DNA of 63,690 bases, counting the filler. It is 8 parts of 8 records of this genome, joined end to end, with 100 filler letters (N's around TTAATTAATTAA, not from the genome) between each part and the next. Parts side by side here need not be neighbours in the genome. Positions count along the whole stretch, not along the records: positions 56,703 to 63,690 come from DRR723986_10495; 7 more parts are not named here. The stretch is one strand, 5' to 3'. The stretch's first letter is position 1. Every line of letters starts with the position of its first letter. A model generated the notes under the pieces. The model worked only from the letters and a program-made list of their open reading frames with translations. It had not been told where the DNA came from and ran no database searches. The translations under genes and the position numbers were made by a program. Positions 60,134-63,690 of this stretch are shown here, piece by piece.

Positions 60134-61393
60134 TTAAACGTGACCGCTTGCCGATGCATAAAGCATCCCAAATTCCAAATCAGCAATAGCAGCTTGGTTT
60201 GGGTGTCCCTCTATGTGCCAGTTTTCAACGAACACGGGCCTTTCGAATGAGGTCACGCTGAGTGCTGCCATCGCGCTCAGTGTGGCTTGTTGTGTTCCAA
60301 GTCGAAGCTCTTCACCCTCGGGCAGTTCTACAGTTAAGTCACCTTTTCCCGCCATCGCAATCAAGACCCGGTCCGTTTCATTGGTGCATGCTTCCGCGCG
60401 GATCTTGGTTGGCGACACAACCAGTTTCATCGGTCCGCAAACGGTCAAAAGCTGGTGCGCTTTTTGATCTACCGTGAGACTGTCGCCCACACTTAGCTGG
60501 CGATCGTCTGCCTCGAGATCGTGCGTAAGTCCAAACTGCAGCCGCAGCGCCTTCAGCGCTTTAATCTCAGCCTGGAATTTGTCGACCTCTTTGCGCAGCT
60601 CGCTGCCGTAAAGGCCGACCAGCACCTGGTTGCCACGCTTCGACAGGATGGCCCGCCGATCTGCGCCAAATGAGCTACTCTTGCGATGGTAGACAAACAG
60701 GCCCGGGTCGATGAAGCAGCGCCAGCCCTCGCGCGCCATGCGGATCAGCAGGTCGTTCTCTTCGCCGTATCCCTCACGGAAGTTTATGCGGTCGAATTTG
60801 CCTGCCTCGTTGAACGCACGGCTGCGGAACATGGTGCAGAACCCGTTCAACAGCATGGACTGGATCAACCGATCGCCTGCAAAGTGCTGAAGAATTTTGT
60901 TGTAGCGCGAGATATCGGCCGGCTCACTTGATAGGGCCTCGTTTACCGAGAAGGCGCGGCCGTCAGGGGTGAATATCTCTGGCACCGACTGATAGCTGGC
61001 CGCATTGGAGACCGGTCCCACAGCGCAGGCAATCGGCGTTTCTTCTAACTTCTGGATAAGGCGGTCGAACCAAAGGTCAGGCACCAGCGTATCGCTGTTC
61101 AGGATGCAGAAGTAGGGCGTGTCGACCTCTCGTAGTGCAAGGCTCAGGTTCTCGGTATATCCACGGTTCCGAAAATGCGAGATGATGCGAACGGATGGAT
61201 AATCCGCAAATGTGTCGCGCAGGGTTTGGGCCACCTCGATCGGTGAACCATCATCCAGAAGCCAGATCGGATACTTGCCGGCATCGCTTGCAAGCAGAGA
61301 TCGCACGCAGTCGATCGTTTCATCCAGGGCACCGAATACCGGGATCAGCGTCACGGCTTTGGTTTGGGCGGGATTTGGTGTCGTCATGTTCAT
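60134..61393 (-). CDS. Glycosyltransferase family 2 protein with C-terminal extension
   Basis: LIPVF, LDDGS, NRGY, ILNSDT DxD-like motif, VGPVSNAA, GFC, GYGEEND, VYH...SF; GGAGG RBS before ATG 61393. Confidence 0.9.
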   Translation of the reverse strand: MNMTTPNPAQTKAVTLIPVFGALDETIDCVRSLLASDAGKYPIWLLDDGSPIEVAQTLRDTFADYPSVRIISHFRNRGYTENLSLALREVDTPYFCILNSDTLVPDLWFDRLIQKLEETPIACAVGPVSNAASYQSVPEIFTPDGRAFSVNEALSSEPADISRYNKILQHFAGDRLIQSMLLNGFCTMFRSRAFNEAGKFDRINFREGYGEENDLLIRMAREGWRCFIDPGLFVYHRKSSSFGADRRAILSKRGNQVLVGLYGSELRKEVDKFQAEIKALKALRLQFGLTHDLEADDRQLSVGDSLTVDQKAHQLLTVCGPMKLVVSPTKIRAEACTNETDRVLIAMAGKGDLTVELPEGEELRLGTQQATLSAMAALSVTSFERPVFVENWHIEGHPNQAAIADLEFGMLYASASGHV

Positions 61394-61394
61394 T

Positions 61395-62984
61395 TCACAT
61401 TCCTCCAACAGTACGGGAGGCCGTTTTTCTATGGGGGACCTTTGAGAAGAAGCGCGAGTTCTTCGCGCTGAAGGGACCGTCAAGAGACGATATCGACAGC
61501 TTGGTCAGCCATGATGCCAGTGTGAACGACATCTGGTCGCGCCGTGATCCAAGCCAAATATTGCGCCACCATTCGTCAAAGAACTCCCTGACCAGAAGAT
61601 CCTCGCATCTGCTAAACAGGACATTGGTCTCGAACAGGCCAAGATCCTTGGGAAACCCGGCGTCTTTCAGCCGCTTTACCGCCCGGTCCATGACTGGCGC
61701 ATAATCCAGTTTGCGCTGCCTGATTGCCTCAGCTTCATCGTAGACGCAGCGACGTTCGCCATGCACAAAGGTTGCGATCTCGGACATGGCTTCATGCGCC
61801 TCCAGCACCCTTTCTGATCCTGGCATGCAGATGATATTCCCATCGATCCACGTCACATAGCGCGCCTTTGGAAATAGCAGGTGAGGGTGGGTCTTGAACC
61901 ATAGACTTGCGCGTTTTGGGTCGCGGTCAGATAGGGTTGGGGTGACCAGTTGCCAAGGGCTGTCTTTCGGCAGGCCAGCAATGTCCGAAAACAGGAAAAA
62001 ATCACAATCATCAAGTTCAGGTGGTGTAGGGATACCGTCATGGCCGTTCGTGCTCATCGCGTAGACCACACGCGATTTGCTCTGCGGTGTACGGCCGGCC
62101 ACCAGATCCATATCCGTTGTCCGGCGGACGCTTTGGACCTCTGGTGCCGTTAGCCTGGGAATCGCTCGCGCCAAGTTGGCATTTGATCCGATGTCGTAGA
62201 TCTCTTCAAATGTCGGGATCGAGTTCAGCCGATCCTGATTGTAGTTCATCAGTGGCCTGAAGGACGAAGCCTCCTGATCGAAGAGATTTAGCGACTGGCC
62301 CAGACCATGCAAGATCCGCGGGCTGCTTTGCTCGCCCAGACCAATCCTGTCAGATAGGATGGCCGCATAGTTTGACCGTAGGAGGGTGTCCGGATCGGTA
62401 AAGCTTCTACGCTGCACTCCCAGATATTTAAGACGGTTTTCGAGGTAGCCCATGCTCCAAAGCTGCTCGAAGATCTCGAAGGGGTCAGAGAAAGTACTCC
62501 GAATGTCCTTGTGCTGATGCTTGTATTCCTCCAGATCAACTAGGCTAAGCGATTGATAGTCGAGTTTGTCGATCCGGCTGACGATGTCAGAAATATAGAC
62601 AAATTCACTGTCAGGGAAAATCCTGCGCAACGCTGGATGGATCGACACGCCAGCATCAGGAACTTTGCTTTTCAGCGCTTCACGCAGCGATCGCGCCTTG
62701 GGCAATTGCCGCAAAACCCAAGCAGGCGAAAGACATGGGCTGACCCATTGGTGATGTTCGCGGCCAGCGTCCAGCAGGGATCCAAGAAGCTTTTTTGCGT
62801 CGGAAAGGTCGTAACCATGGGCCGGTGCAATCCGCTTAAGGTAGGCCATGTTGAACCATTTCGAGGGCGGTCGGCCCTCAGCATAGCCATATTCTACGAA
62901 GTGCAGCGCAGCGTTTTTCTGCAGCTCTCGCACATCGCCGTTAACGGCTAGGTAGTGCTCAGCGTCAACAAATATGGATGCCAT
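61395..62984 (-). CDS. DUF616 (TOD1/MUCI70-like) glycosyltransferase-domain protein; start uncertain (62984-63050)
   Basis: C-terminal KTHPHLLFP....WIDGN, H..R.CVYDEA, E.WW, SRRDQMSF; N-terminal YL..N.DV......HF...G..EGR.P motif. Confidence 0.75.
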   Translation of the reverse strand: MASIFVDAEHYLAVNGDVRELQKNAALHFVEYGYAEGRPPSKWFNMAYLKRIAPAHGYDLSDAKKLLGSLLDAGREHHQWVSPCLSPAWVLRQLPKARSLREALKSKVPDAGVSIHPALRRIFPDSEFVYISDIVSRIDKLDYQSLSLVDLEEYKHQHKDIRSTFSDPFEIFEQLWSMGYLENRLKYLGVQRRSFTDPDTLLRSNYAAILSDRIGLGEQSSPRILHGLGQSLNLFDQEASSFRPLMNYNQDRLNSIPTFEEIYDIGSNANLARAIPRLTAPEVQSVRRTTDMDLVAGRTPQSKSRVVYAMSTNGHDGIPTPPELDDCDFFLFSDIAGLPKDSPWQLVTPTLSDRDPKRASLWFKTHPHLLFPKARYVTWIDGNIICMPGSERVLEAHEAMSEIATFVHGERRCVYDEAEAIRQRKLDYAPVMDRAVKRLKDAGFPKDLGLFETNVLFSRCEDLLVREFFDEWWRNIWLGSRRDQMSFTLASWLTKLSISSLDGPFSAKNSRFFSKVPHRKTASRTVGGM

Positions 62985-63240
62985 GTTCGGCGTGCCGCGT
63001 TTGAAATCAAGATACATCCGAACCCGTCTCCGAGCTGATGTTCCCGGCATAGTGCACTGGACACATTTGGGAACTTGGTTTCCGAATGCCCCTTTTTCGC
63101 GTATAAAATCGGATCGTTCAACCCATCTCCGCCACCCAAGTGATTGTGTTACTTGACCCGACCGTTGGTTCGAATGACCCTCCGGTTCGGTCGCAACTGG
63201 TATTGAATGTGTTGAGCAGCGATCCCGTCAACTGCTTCTG

Positions 63241-63690
63241 GGGCACCTCGATTTTTCCCTATTTTTCGCTGTTCAGGGCCGGTTTGGCGGCCCGAAGCCT
63301 GCGGGAAGCGGCTTGCTGTGATGTTTGGCAGCGTAGTCAGCGATCGTTCTGCCCGGCCATAGCGGGTTTCGGCCCCTTCGGCCTGACGTCCACGCCCCAG
63401 ATCACGCCGGGGACGGGTTCATCTGGCGCAACTGGACGAGCCGGCGCATGTTGTAGGCGAGGTTCTTCATGCCGATCTTGGCTTTCGCGCGGAGCAGGCC
63501 GATGGTGCGCACCAGCGTGCCCCCCATGTCGTTGATCTGCGCACCGAAGACATGCTCGACCCGGGCGCGCACGGCGGACTTGGTCCGGTTGCTGGCCTTG
63601 CCCTGTTCGGTCAGCGGCTTGCCGCGTTTGCCCTTGCGGTGGATGCGGCTTTTCAGCCCGCGGGCGCGCAGCTTGGCCTCCATCTCCTCG
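63241..63690 (-). mobile_element. IS5 family element, right end (continues beyond window)
   Basis: Transposase C-terminus followed by about 160 bp ending GAGGTGCCC on the minus strand, resembling IS5-group termini; exact end base uncertain. Confidence 0.8.
63402..63690 (-). CDS. IS5 family transposase, C-terminal part
   Basis: IHRKGKRGKPL, N..KSAVRARVEHVFG, VRTIGL.RA..KIGMKNLAYNMRR. Confidence 0.93.
   Translation of the reverse strand, partial: EEMEAKLRARGLKSRIHRKGKRGKPLTEQGKASNRTKSAVRARVEHVFGAQINDMGGTLVRTIGLLRAKAKIGMKNLAYNMRRLVQLRQMNPSPA

Noticed and set aside
60108-60140. Outward-facing TTGACA at the IS21 end as a hybrid promoter antisense to the GT2 gene
   Set aside because: No convincing -10 hexamer 16-18 bp downstream (the sequence there is AGATTAAACG).

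Overview
This is not one continuous locus. It is eight short contigs joined by artificial 100-bp spacers (44 N + TTAATTAATTAA + 44 N) at 13801-13900, 21390-21489, 30626-30725, 36838-36937, 41961-42060, 47916-48015 and 56603-56702, so adjacency across spacers carries no meaning. Most contigs look like marine Roseobacter-group (Rhodobacterales) DNA. Contig 1: fabZ-ompH-bamA-rseP-dxr-cdsA-uppS-frr-pyrH, divergent miaA, AraC regulator, peptide-type ABC genes. Contig 2: Liv-type ABC genes, a GT2-like gene, a thiolase/acyl-CoA ligase/bdh operon with a PAS-LuxR regulator, accB-accC'. Contig 3: nrdR-ribD and ribE-ribB-ribH' interrupted by kpsS-wza-kpsC. Contig 4: gyrB' of Hyphomicrobiales type (probably a different organism), GGDEF-EAL, rlpA, an FeS photolyase, tRNA-Arg'. 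Contig 5: MATE', LysR, hydrolase, AhpD-like, a phd-doc-type TA pair, parE'. Contig 6: efp', cobQ, a PopZ-like gene, tolC, pcm, tRNA-Cys'. Contig 7: tyrB'-sseA, three unknown exported proteins, smpB, a cobalamin riboswitch with solitary cbiM, LysR/methyltransferase, plsC-like. Contig 8: IS66 nested in IS21, two glycosyltransferase-like genes, an IS5 end. Best leads: a divergent PopZ-like polar scaffold in the pcm-tolC position; a coupled pair of paralogous 4-Cys exported proteins plus a lipoprotein between smpB and sseA; a degenerate HAD-fold gene coupled to ribE; and an orphan sRNA with its own promoter and terminator at about 34760-34860. All family calls come from motif recognition and memory; no database search was run.
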